From NCBI RefSeq assembly GCF_902713615.1, contig NC_052156.1:30159287-30223286 (forward strand): DNA of 64,000 nt, given 5' to 3'. The first letter of the stretch is position 1. Each line of letters opens with the position of its first letter. This stretch comes from Scyliorhinus canicula. Lineage: Eukaryota. The position numbers and the translations under genes are program-made. The notes below the pieces were generated by a model. The model did no database searches. It was given only the letters and a program-made list of their open reading frames with translations, and had not been told where the DNA came from. Of this stretch, positions 24,992 through 36,944 are shown in pieces.

Positions 24992-25123
24992 AAATACCAT
25001 CGGAGAGAAGATTTGGAATTCTTTCTGACTGCATTCACCCATATTGTCTATCCTGCATTAGACAGTGGCGATGTGCTAAACAGTTTGAGAATAACATAAT
25101 CAAGTGAGTGCAACTGGTTTTAC
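24992..25123 (+). pseudogene. Duplicated fragment of MKRN2 exon 5 (3' half plus donor site)
   Basis: 130/132 nt identical to 25435-25566. Confidence 0.9.
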
Positions 25124-25334
25124 CTTTGCTGATGTTTTACCACAAATACAATAACAACAAGCAGAGCACCTTGAGTAAACAGGAATTAACTGGAAGCTGT
25201 ACCATTATGCTAAAAGGCCTCTGGTCTGCCACCAGATAAAGACAGTATTATACCTTGTTGGTTGGGAAACTTGTTCAATTTGCTTGGATTATGTGTTCCA
25301 TAAATGCTGACTTTTGACTTTCCATTTCATTCAG

Positions 25335-25546
25335 ATGTGTCTCATTGCTTTTGAGCAAGACATGGAGAAAGCCTTTGCTGTGCAAAAGAGTCAAGATAAA
25401 GTCTGTAACATTTGTATGGAGATAGTCTATGATAAAATACCATCGGAGAGAAGATTTGGAATTCTTTCTGACTGCATTCACCCATATTGTCTATCCTGCA
25501 TTAGACAGTGGCGATGTGCTAAACAGTTTGAAAATAAAATAATCAA
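25335..25546 (+). CDS. MKRN2: MKRN2 exon 5, N-terminal part of the C3HC4 RING
   Basis: Acceptor ttcattcag and donor GTGAGT; [29 protein letters not shown]...[33 protein letters not shown]. Confidence 0.95.
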
Positions 25547-25952
25547 GTGAGTGCAACTGGTTTTACGGATCAAGTGCCAATTTTTAACTGTTGCTATGCA
25601 GATCACAATTAGTGAGGCCTCTGATGACCAGAATTGCACATATGTATGTGAGAGGAAAGTGCATCTGTTAACTAAGTAGGATATCCATTATAACGTTTCA
25701 TTTAAAACTCTTCTATCCATTGATGTAGGTCATAAATATTGGCCTCGGGAGTATTGTTACAATTATTGATGTGGGAGACAGCTAAATTGATGAGGCATTT
25801 CATCAATGAGACATTTTATTTGTAACAGGGATTCCAACCTTGTCCTGTATAGGAAATTTGCTCTGTACTGACTCTAGCAGCTAGTCATAATATTGGATCC
25901 ATTGATATGGGAAGAATGGAACTAATGGAATTTCTTGTCCTTAAAATACCTT

Positions 25953-26178
25953 GGGCAGCACGGTGGCGCAGTGGGTTAGCCCTGCTGCCTCACACCGCTG
26001 AGGTCCCAGGTTCGATCCCGGCTCTGGGTCACTGTCCGTGTGGAGTTTGCACATGAGTCTCCCCATGTATGTGTGGGTTTCGCCCCCACAACCCAAAGAT
26101 GTGCAGGCGAGGTGGATTAGCCACACTAAATTGCCCCTTAATTAGAAAAATGAATTGGGAACTCTAATTTAAAAAAAT
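25953..26178 (+). mobile_element. Short A-tailed SINE variant
   Basis: Full head, core and short tail. Confidence 0.82.
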
Positions 26179-27123
26179 ATATATGTTAGCTGCCAAGATC
26201 CAGTGAAGCTTTTAAACTATGTAGATGGATTTCTTTTAGAGAAAATTCTTCCCACCCCAATCTTTTGGCCTAATGCTTAACAGTACAGCCCACATTTAAC
26301 AGTGAGTGATCAAGACCAGAAGACACCTGGTTTGACTACGTATCTGTATTGAACCAGAGTATTAGTCGGAGCCTTTCTGTATATTTAATTATACATTTAA
26401 AAGGTTCCAATAAATCCATGATATGTGAGGGCAAAGCTAAAGCAGTTTGTGCATATCTTCTGCACACTGAGAATGACTTAAACTTTATTTTCTTTAATAA
26501 ATTTAGAGTACCCAATTATTTTTTTTAAATTAAGGGGCAGTTTAGCATGGCCAATCTTTTTGGGTAGTGGGGGTCAAATAATGGCTAGAGTCTAGTTTGA
26601 CAGGAAATTACTGATTATATTGTGCTGTAATACAGAGGATCCCAAACTTTCTATTTGCTGAACCCCTCTTTGGAGGCTCATGTTCCATTCATGTTCCTCT
26701 CCCTTTCTGTAAGAAACAATATTTTGTCGTCCCCAAGGAAATGACCCTGCCTTCAGTTGTGCAGGGACCTTGTACCTCAATTAACTTCTTCAAGGATCTC
26801 TCTTTTCAAATTAGTCAGGAGATGCTACAGAAATATCTTTCATTGTAATTAGCGTAGTATCGCCTAGCGATAGGAAATACATTATCGGGTAATCTCTACA
26901 CAAGATGTTTGACTGCCCATAGATTTCTGCAAACAGACATTGAGCCAATTGGAGCTGCTTCTGGCCCCCTTACAATCACTCCTCGATTAGGGATGCATCT
27001 ATAAATCAAATTATTAATTGCTTCAATTTTCCATTTAGTTTTTTTGGACTAATTTTATACGTCGCATGTGCTAACTTTCATTAAAAAATCTCTCAATTAA
27101 AAAAAAAAAAATTGCTCTTCTAG

Positions 27124-27234
27124 GTCCTGTCCTGAGTGTCGCGTAGTGTCAGAATTTGTGATCCCGAGTGCTTATTGGGTGGAGGAAAAAGAGGAAAAGG
27201 ACCAGCTTATTGAAGCATTCAAGCAGGGAATGAG
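27124..27234 (+). CDS. MKRN2: MKRN2 exon 6, end of the RING ([37 protein letters not shown])
   Basis: Acceptor ctcttctag and donor GTGAGG; 111 nt. Confidence 0.95.
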
Positions 27235-27759
27235 GTGAGGTGATCTTGCTTTATGAAACGGGTTATTAAATTTCCACCTGTGGAGATTGGCTACCATGGA
27301 AGTAGTAAAATCTGAATGAAGAGGATTTAACTTCTGTTTGAGTTGACGCTTTCCATTAGTTGTGTGGCAGAGTTTCATATTCTTACAGCTAGGAGGGTGT
27401 GATGTGGCTAGGCATGTGCCCTTTCAGTTGACCTAGCTCTTGATTTACAGAAAAATGTTTGGTTATAAGCACCTTGGAATCAGAAGGCATTCAAATGTCT
27501 AAGCTGAGACTGCACTTTTCTGTGCAATGTACGCTTCATAAATTTTGCTATTTACGATATAATTTTTCCCCCCCCCTGGCCAATCCAACTTGCGAATCTT
27601 TGTTAATGCATAGAATTAGCAGTGAGAGAAAGCAAGGAAAGTTTGGGAGATGGTAGTATCCCAAATCCACTCAGATAGAATCTCTCTAGTTTCAACAGAG
27701 CTCATTCATTTCATGCATATGCACGCTGGGAAATCCTTGTTTCCACTAGCGGGGAAATG

Positions 27760-28120
27760 TCACTGCACTAGTGATCCAGCGGCCCAGGATAATGCTCCTG
27801 GTACATGGGTTCAAATCCCACCATTGCAGCTTGCGGAACTAAAATTCAATTAATAAATCTGGCATTGCAAAGCTAGTCTAAGTAATTGTAACCATGACAA
27901 TTATGATCAATGTTTCAAAAACCCTTCTAGTTCACTAATGTCCTTTTAGGAATGAAATCCACCATCCTTACCTAGACTGACCTATAAGTGCCTTTAGACG
28001 CACAGCAATGTGGTTGCTCTTAACTGCTCTCTGAAAGCCACTCCAATTCCAGGACCATTAGGGATAGCAACAAATGCTGGCCTTGAAAGTGATGCCCATA
28101 TCCCATGACGGGATATAAAA
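27760..28120 (+). mobile_element. Second SINE family copy
   Basis: Reverse-complement similarity to 10520-10890. Confidence 0.7.
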
Positions 28121-28787
28121 TTCTATTGATGGAATAGTGCTAAATTCTAACACCAGTGGAGCATGACTCACTTTGTTCTTGCTTAGGCAGTACATGCAGG
28201 TGACCTGGATCAGGGAGTGGTGTTTCCTTCATAGATTTGGTATCCTTGAAATACTTGCTTTGTATGAGTTTGTGTTGTATATCGTTGACATGTTGAAAAT
28301 TCGTGAGACACCCTTCACATTTGTGTTTAATAAATTAATCAGCTCTCTTTGTATTTTGCTGGTATTTAACTGGTGTCACGAAACTTGGTTATGCTTTTGT
28401 AAATACATGTTACATAGAAAACACCATGTAAGTTATCTTACTGCAGTTCTTAATACACTAAAATAAATTCAACAATGGGCAGAACAGTAAGAGTAAATAA
28501 TTGTTGGGGGGGTCAAAGTCTAGAAAACCTTCAAATGTGTTTTACTGATGTGTGGCATTCAATATTTTGGTAACTGTTAGGGTGTTATTAATGCGCGTTT
28601 TTACAATCCATTGCTGATATCAGTGCGGTGAGGTCATTAGTTGTCACTCGTGTATATTCGTATTTAACTGCCGTTAGTTCTGATTCTTTTCAGTTATTGT
28701 TATTTTGTTAATCTAGCTGATCCAGTTTTTCACTCCATGCTGTACATAAACTTGGTTATTTTATATATTAAAAGATTAATGTTATTT

Positions 28788-31700
28788 TATTTTTTAAAAT
28801 AATTTTTATTGAAATTTTTTACAGAAAATATAACAACAAACAATAACAAGCAACAATAAAACAACATAAGTATAACACCTCCAAGACCGTAGCAACGCAT
28901 GTATTGTAACCCCTCACCACCCCCCCCCCCCCAAACCCAGTAAATAACAAGAGAGCTTAAAAATAAATTAAAATTAAATAAACATAGTCAACGCCCCCCC
29001 CCCCGGTTGCTGCTGCTGCTGACCCAGTACCCTATTGCTTAGCCAGAAAGTCGAGGAAAGGTTGCCACCGCCTAAACAACCCTTGTACCGATCCTCTCAG
29101 GGCGAATTTGACCTTCTCCAGCTTAATAAATCCCGCCATGTCATTGATCCAGGTCTCCACGCTTGGGGGTCTCGCATCCTTCCACTGTAGCAAGATCCTC
29201 CGCCGGGCTACTAGGGACGCAAAGGCCAAAACACCGGCCTCTCTCGCCTCCTGCACTCCCGGCTCCACCGCAACCCCAAAAATCGCGAGTCCCCAGCCTG
29301 GCTTGACCCTGGATCCTACCACCCTCGACACCGTCCTCGCCACCCCCTTCCAGAACTCCTCCAGTGCCGGGCATGCCCAGAACATATGGGCATGGTTCGC
29401 TGGACTCCCCGAACACCTGACACACCTGTCTTCGCCCCCAAAGAACCTACTCATCCTAGACCCGGACATGTGGGCCCGGTGCAGCACCTTGAATTGGATG
29501 AGGCTAAGCCGCGCACATGAGGAAGAGTTAACCCTCTCCAGGGCATCAGCCCATGTCCCATCTTCGATCTGTTCCCCCAGTTCCCCCTCCCACTTAGCCT
29601 TTGGCTCCTCTACTGACGCCTCCTCCACCTCTTGCATTACCTTGTAGATATCAGATATCTTCCCATCCCCGACCCAGACCCCCGAAAGCACCCTGTCACT
29701 CACCCCCCTCGCGGGAAGCAAAGGGAATCCCTCCACCTGCCGCCAAGCAAACGCCTTTACCTGCAGGTACCTGAACATGTTCCCCGAGGGGAGCTCAAAT
29801 TTCTCCTCCAACTCCCCCAGGCTCGCAAACCTCCCATCAATGAACAGGTCCCTCAGCTGTCTGATGCCCGCTCTGTGCCAACCCTGGAACCCCCCATCAA
29901 TGTTTACCGGGATGAACCGATGGTTCCCCCTTAGCGGAGCCTCCATCGAGCCCCCCACTTTCCCCCTATGTCGCCTCCACTGCCCCCAGATCTTGAGGGT
30001 AGCCGCCACCACCGGACTCGTGGTATACCTCGTAGGAGGGATCGGCAACGGCGCCGTTACCAGGGCCCCCAGGCTTGTGCCTCCACAGGACGCCATCTCC
30101 AACCTTTTCCATGCTGCCCCCTCCCACTTGCGCACCATCGACACATTGGCCGCCCAATAATACCCCGAGAGATTGGGTAGCGCCAGCCCCCCACCATCTC
30201 TACCCCACTCCAAGAAGACCCTCTTCACCCTCGGGGCCCCATACGCCCAAACAAAGCTCATGATGCTGCAAGTCACCCTCCTAAAAAAGGCCCTAGGGAT
30301 AATGATGGGCAAACACTGAAAAAGGAAAAAGAACCTCGGGAGCACCGTCATTTTGACGGACTGCACTCTACCCGCCAGCGATAGCGGCACCATGTCCCAC
30401 CTTTTAAATTCCTCCTCCATCTGCTCCACAAGCCTGGTAAAATTAAGCTTGTGGAGAGTCCCACAACTCCTGGCCACCTGCACCCCCAGGTACCTAAAAC
30501 TCTTCACTGCCCTCTTAAACGGGAGCCTCCCAATTACCACCTCCTGATCACCCGGGTGCACTACAAATACCTCGCTCTTGCCCAGATTCAGCTTATAGCC
30601 CGAGAAGCTCCCAAACTCAGCCAACAGCTCCATCACCCCCGGCATTCCCCCCTCTGGGTCCGCCACATACAGCAGCAGGTTGTCCGCATACAACGATATC
30701 CGATGTTCCTCCCCACCCCGCACCAAACCCCTCCACCTCCCCGACTCCCTCAACGCCAAAGCCAGAGGTTCAATCGCCAGTGCAAAAAGCAAGGGGGACA
30801 GGGGGCACCCCTGCCTGGTCCCACAGTAGAGCCTGAAGTACTCTGATCTCCTTCCATTAGTAACTACACTCGCCATCGGGGCCTCATAAAGCAACCTCAC
30901 CCAGTTGATGAACCCCTCCCCAAATCCAAACTGCTCCAGCACCTCCCACAGGTACTCCCACTCAACTCTATCAAACGCCTTCTGTGCATCTAGCGCCACC
31001 ACTATCTCCGCCTCCCCCTCCACCGCCGGCATCATAATAACATTAACAATCTCCGCACATTCGTGTTAAGCTGTCTTCCCTTGACAAATCCTGTCTGATC
31101 CTCGTGTATCACCCTTGGCACACAGTCCTCTATCCTGGTGGCCAGGATCTTCGCTAGCAACTTAGCATCCACATTGAGGAGCGAGATTGGCCTGTATGAT
31201 CCACACTGCAGGGGGTCCTTATCCCGCTTCAGGATCAAAGAAATCAGCACCCGTGACATCGTCGGGAGCAAAGCCCCCCCCCTCCCATGCCTTATTGAAG
31301 GCTCACACCAACAGGGGGCAGACCAGGTCCGCATACTTTTTATAAAATTCCACCGGGAACCCATCCGGCCCCGGCGCCTTTCCTGACTGCATTTGATAAA
31401 TTCCCCTGACTAGCTCCTCCAACTCAGTCGGCGCCCCCAGCCCCTCCACCAGCTCCTCCTGCACCTTTGGGAAACGTAGCCTGTTCATGAAGCTCTCCAT
31501 CCCCCCCCCCCCCCCCCCCCCCCGGTGGCTCCGACCGGTACAGTTCCTCGTAAAAGTCCCTAAAGACCCCGTTCACCTCTGCCCCCTTCCGCACCACATT
31601 CCCACCCTTATCCATCACTCCACCAATTTCTCTAGCCACATCTCGCCTGCGGAGCTGATGCGCCAGCATCCTACTCGCCATCTCCCCATACTCATAAACT

Positions 31701-34402
31701 GCGCCTTGCGCCTTCCTCCACTGTGTCTCCGCCTTTCTTGTGGTCAGCAAGTCGAACTTGGCCTGCAAGCTATGCCGTTCCCCCAGCAATCCCTCCTCCG
31801 GGGCCTCCGCTTACCTCCTATCCACACCCAGGAGCTCCCCCACCAGTCTCTCTCTCCCTCCGGGCCCTCCCCCGGATCACTGCCTTCAGAGCCGCCCAAA
31901 CCATCTCCACCCGGACCTCACCCGTGTCGTTGGTCTCAAGATACCCCTCAATACTTCCCCGGACCCTCCTACACACCTCATCAGCCAGCAACCCCACATC
32001 CAGACGCCATAGCGGGCGCTGGTCCTGCGCCTCCCCCATCTCCAGATCGACCCAGTGCGGAGCATGGTCTGAAATTGCTATGGCCGAATACTCGGCATCC
32101 TGCAGCCTCGGGATCAATCCCCTGCTCAGGACGAAAAAATCAATTCGGGAGTAAACCCTATGCACATGGGAGAAAAAGTACTCCCATGCCCTCGGCCTCC
32201 CAAACCTCCAGGGATCCACCCCTCCCATCTGGTCCATAAACCCCCTCAGCACCTTGGCCGCCGTCAGCCTCCTGTCTGTCCTTGAACTGGACCGGTCTAG
32301 TGGGGGATCCAGCACCGTGTTAAAGTCTCCCCCCATGATTAGGCCCCCTGCCTCCAGGTCCGGAATGCGGCCCAACATACGCCTCATAAAGCCAGCATCA
32401 TCCCAATTTGGGGCATACACTTTTACCAGCACCACCTTCTCTCCCTGCAGCCTACCCTTCACCATAACAAATCTGCCCTCCTTGTCCGCCACCACCTCAG
32501 ACGCCTCGAACGCCACCCTCTTCCCCACCAGAATCGCCACCCCCCCCGGTTCTTCGCGTCTAATCCTGAGTGGAAAACCTGCCCTACCCACCCCTTCCTC
32601 AGACGAACCTGGTCCGCCACCTTCAAGTGGGTCTCCTGGAGCATAGCCACGTCCGCCTTCAGCCCCTTCAAATGAGAAAATACTCGAGCCCGCTTAACCG
32701 GCCCATTCAGCCCCCTCACGTTCCAGGTGATCAGCTGGATCAGAGGGCACTCCGCCCCCCTCCCCCTCCGACTAGCCATAGCTCATCGACTGCTCGCCCC
32801 AGGCCAGCACACCCCACCCGACCCGTTCCCTATGACAATACCGCCTCTCCTCTACCCCCCGGCCCACACCAGCTCCTTCCTGGCCATTCCAGCAGCAACC
32901 CGGTATCCCCCCCCCCCCCCCCCCCCCCCCCCGCCCCCAGGCTAGGACCCCCCTAGCCGCGACGCACCCTCCATGGTACTTCCGTGAGTCAGCTGACTTC
33001 TGCTGACCCCGGCAACTCCCGCCAAAACCTGGCCCCTCCCGACGTGGGGTCATTCCCCCGCCTGCCACACCTCCTTGGCTCCGCTTCAGTGCGGAAAAAA
33101 ACCAGTAGAGGCCAAACCCCCACCGCCAGCTCCACCCCTCCTGCCCCGCAGCGCGGGAAACCAGAGGAAAGCCCGCGCTTTCACGCTGCCCCACCCCACC
33201 TTTCTGACGCAGCTCCCAAATTCCAGCTCCACCCCATCCCCCAGTCCCGTACAGAAGAAAAACAAACCCCCAACATTCCCCTCATAACACAAAACCATAC
33301 CCAACAGAGCAAGAACCAGCATAAAAAATGCATGTCAAAATTACAAAAACAGCAACAGCAAAAACAGCAACAACCGTATTACACAGGACCCCGCAGCCCC
33401 CAGACCCTAGTTCAAGTCCAGCTTCTCCGCCTGTACAAAGGCCCACGCCTCCTCCGGGGACTCAAAGTAGTAGTGCCGGTCCTTATATGTTACCCACAGA
33501 CGCGCAGGCTGCAGCATTCCAAATTTGACCTGCTTGGCATGCAGCACCGCCTTCGTCCGGTTAAACCCGGCCCGCCGCTTAGCCACCTCCGCACTCCAGT
33601 CCTGGTAGATTCGCACTACCGAGTTCTCCCACTTGCTGCTCCTCCTTCTTGGCCCAGCGCAGCACACACTCCCGGTCACTGAACCGATGGAACCGCACCA
33701 GCACCGCCCGCGGGGGTTCATTCGTCTTGGGCCTCCAGGCCAGCACTCTGTGGGCTCCCTCAAGCTCCAGGGGCAAATGGAAGGACCCCGCCCCCATCAA
33801 CGAATTCAGCATCGTGGCCACATAGGACGAAAGATCAAACCCCTCCAGCCCTCCGCCAGGCCCAGGATCCTCAAATTCTTTCGCCTCGTGCGAAAGTCCA
33901 GCTCCTCCAAGCGGTCTTGCCACTTTTTGTGAAGTGCCTCGTGCATCTCCACCTTCCCCACGAGGACCATGGCCTCCTCCTCCCGATCAGCGGCCTGCTG
34001 CTGCAACTCCTGAATGGCCGCCCCCTGGGCTGTCTGGGTCTCAAGCAGCTTGTTGGTAGTCGCATTCAGGGAGTCCAGTAACTCGGCCTTCAGCTCCGCA
34101 AAACAGCGCAAAAGAGCAGCTTGCTGCTCCTGCGCTCACTTCCACCAATCCTCGGGTGCTCCTCCGGCCGCCATTTTGTCCTCCTTCCCCCGCTTTTTCT
34201 GGGGAGCTGCTGCAGCCTTTTCCTTTGCCCCACTCCGGGTGCGCACCATAAATTTCGGGGAATGTTCCTCCAAACACCTTCCCCCCCACCGGGAATCGTT
34301 GAAACAGCGCCGTTTGGGGCCCTAAAACAGGCCCGAAAGTCCTTTGATAGCGGGAGCTGCCGAACGTGCGGCTTAGCTCCGCATCACCTCAACCGGAAGT
34401 CC
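28788..34402 (-). mobile_element. Full-length L1-clade non-LTR retrotransposon (about 5.6 kb) with frameshifted ORF1 and ORF2
   Basis: TSD TTAATGTTATTT (28776-28787, 34403-34414); 5' end GGACTTCCGG; AATAAA and A-rich 3' end. ORF1 pieces at about 33407-34240 (RRKNLRILGL). APE endonuclease motifs (TWNVRGLN, QETH, GGDFN, SDH); RT motifs (QGCPLSP, LYADN); C-terminal CxxC...HMFWAC. Confidence 0.93.
29032..31035 (-). CDS. L1 ORF2 reverse transcriptase and C-terminal segment (667-aa open piece)
   Basis: From the ORF track: LDAQKAFDRVEW, GTRQGCPLSPLLF, LYADN (normally YADD). Confidence 0.8.
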   Translation of the reverse strand: MMPAVEGEAEIVVALDAQKAFDRVEWEYLWEVLEQFGFGEGFINWVRLLYEAPMASVVTNGRRSEYFRLYCGTRQGCPLSPLLFALAIEPLALALRESGRWRGLVRGGEEHRISLYADNLLLYVADPEGGMPGVMELLAEFGSFSGYKLNLGKSEVFVVHPGDQEVVIGRLPFKRAVKSFRYLGVQVARSCGTLHKLNFTRLVEQMEEEFKRWDMVPLSLAGRVQSVKMTVLPRFFFLFQCLPIIIPRAFFRRVTCSIMSFVWAYGAPRVKRVFLEWGRDGGGLALPNLSGYYWAANVSMVRKWEGAAWKRLEMASCGGTSLGALVTAPLPIPPTRYTTSPVVAATLKIWGQWRRHRGKVGGSMEAPLRGNHRFIPVNIDGGFQGWHRAGIRQLRDLFIDGRFASLGELEEKFELPSGNMFRYLQVKAFAWRQVEGFPLLPARGVSDRVLSGVWVGDGKISDIYKVMQEVEEASVEEPKAKWEGELGEQIEDGTWADALERVNSSSCARLSLIQFKVLHRAHMSGSRMSRFFGGEDRCVRCSGSPANHAHMFWACPALEEFWKGVARTVSRVVGSRVKPGWGLAIFGVAVEPGVQEAREAGVLAFASLVARRRILLQWKDARPPSVETWINDMAGFIKLEKVKFALRGSVQGLFRRWQPFLDFLAKQ

Positions 34403-36944
34403 TTAATGTTATTTATTAACTAGGCATTTTGACCTTTTTGTGGTCAAGATACCACAGCTTTTTGGCGACGAGAACAAAAAATTAGAACTTTCAGCACGTT
34501 CAACAAAATTTTGCTTTTCCGATGAAAGATAAGTTCGCAGCATCACGGCTATGTTTGGGTCTATCAGTGAGTATGTGGAAGAAAATGAGAACTGGCTGGA
34601 TTGAATATGTGAAAAGTTGGGAACAGTTTCTTGGCAAATTATAATAATAATTACAATAATCTTTGTTGTCACAAATAGGCATACATTAACACTGCAATGA
34701 AATTACTGTGAAAAGCCCCTCGTCGCCACATTCCGGCATCTGTTCGGGTACACAGGGAGAATTCCGAATGTCGAAATTATCTAACAGCTCGTCTTTTGGG
34801 ACTAGTGGGAGGAAACCGGAACATCCGGAGGGATGGATCACAGACGAGGCTAGAAAGCGCTCAATTCTCCTGAGTGTGTGTTGGGTAAAGACTTGCAAGC
34901 TAGTGAGAACTTTAGCTACACCATGGAAACCAGGGGATACTTCATTTGCGGATTTAGTTGCATTCCTCCGAATCAGCAAAATCCTAAACCCTCAGCAATT
35001 GTACAATGTTTCAAATACTATAGTCTTTTTTGGAAAACAGGACAGTCTTTAGCTAACTTAGTTGCTGAATTATGTCAGCTCTCTGAACGTTTTGAGTATG
35101 GGGCAGTTTTGGAAGACATGCTTTGGACAGATTAGCTTGTGGCATTAACGAGGACAGCATTCAGCGGCATTTGCTGGAAGAAGTCACACCAGCTGGAGGT
35201 TCCCTACCAAGTCACTCGCCACTCTGACTTGGAAATATATCGCCGTTCCTTCACTGTCGTTGGGGCAAAATCCTGGAACTCCCTCTCTAACAGCACAGTG
35301 GGTGCACCTACACCTTGGGGACTGCAGCGGTTCAAGAAGGCAACTCTCCACCACCTTCTGAAGGGTAACTAGGGATGGGCATTAATTGCTGGCCAAGCCA
35401 GTAACTCTCATCCTATAAATGAATTTTTAAAAACTTACTTTTAAGAAGACTGTAGAAATGTCTCAGGTCATAGAAATGGCTGCTCAAAATGCAAAAGATG
35501 TTGTGGTGACTAGGGGCTTTTCACAGTAACTTCACTGCAGTGTTAATGTATGCCTACTTGTGACAATAAAGATGGCGGCACACAGGTAGGTTCATCGATT
35601 AGAAAATGAACCTGCACGTAAAAAGGTGAAGACTGGAGTGTTTTAGGTGTAGAAGGTCACAGTTTGCGATTCATTGTAAGTTTATGAACAGGGTACATTG
35701 GCGTGGCACTACAGTTAAATTGTTCTAGATCCTCAGGCTACTCTCTTTTTCAAACCGAGGGCCATGCCCTACGCCATTAAAGGCAAAGTGGAGGAGGAGT
35801 TGATGGAGTCACCAGTGTTGCTACACAGATTACAGCTTAGTCGCAAAACTCCTGAAGATTGATGTTTAATTAAGGCATTAATTTAATTGTATTTCTGTAT
35901 TTAAAGAAAATTAAAATTAATGGGGGGAGAAGTGTTATAGAGTGGTTTTTATTATGCATCATCTTGTTTAAATCCATCGCTGATGTCATCAGTAAGTGCT
36001 GTCACATTGCCACCTGTGTATATTCAGCTTTAACTGCCGGTAGTACTGATTCTTTTCTGTTATTGTTATTTCGATGTTCTAACTAGCTGCTCCCGTTTTT
36101 GGAGTCCATACTGTATTTTAAACTTTGTTATTTTTAAATATTAAAGATGATTTATTTATTAACTTTATTAGCAACGTGCTCCGACTACCATTTTGTGGTC
36201 AAGGCTGACACATTTCTTTGTAAAAGTGGAACAGTTGAGTTCAGGGAAGTTCTGGATTCTTGGCAAGTGTTTTGTTCTTTTCCTAGTCACTAGGTGGCAA
36301 TCTAGTTTAACACAATATCGCTTGCCAACAGATCTAGCAGGAGAAATTCAGTAGAGTTTAAAATCCAAAGTGATTTTGCTTTTCCAGGTTTCTGAATTTC
36401 TGTTAAAGGGAGAATATAAGGATGCATGCACCACCGAGGCTAAATCGGAGAGCAATACTTTAGAATAAAATGTGCAAGAAACTTTGTGATTGTGTACTTA
36501 ATTTTTCAAGAGTGAAGATGTATCCAAAAATTGGCATTTTTATTTCCACTAATTTTCTTCCCTGCCCCATGAAAGCATTCCAATAAATTACTTCATGTAA
36601 TTTACAGAACTGTTGTCAATACAGCCAAGGGAATTTAAAAGATGAATGTTGTGCCTTTATCCTATGACCGTCTGTGTAAATAAATCTACAAAGGGTCATA
36701 ACTTATGGGAAAGGATATAAAGTCTATGTATGATGTAAATTCAAACAAAGCCCGCTATAGCTATTGCCATTTCTCCCCCCCCCCCCCCCCCCCCCCCACA
36801 CCAAAGGATAAATTTAATTTCAATTTGCACTGTGATTTGGCTTCAATATGTGAACTTCCAAAGGCGCTATACCACAGAACAGTCACAGCACAGAAAGAGG
36901 CCATTCAGGCCATCATGTCTGCACCAGCCAAAAAAGAAACTAGT

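Larger units (their letters stand above)
28575..36212 (+). mobile_element. Degenerate, internally deleted Gypsy-like LTR retrotransposon; its 5' LTR is split by the L1
   Basis: 5' LTR (28575-28787 plus 34403-34456) resembles the 3' LTR (35933-36212), both TG...CA. PBS-like TGGCGACGAG at 34463; polypurine tract GGGGGGAGAAG before 35933; gag-like remnants (ITDEARKRSILLSVC, KPGDTSFADLV). No TSD recognised. Confidence 0.75.

Noticed and set aside
29108-34423. Long plus-strand ORFs over the L1
   Set aside because: They are GC-rich antisense shadows of the retrotransposon ORFs.
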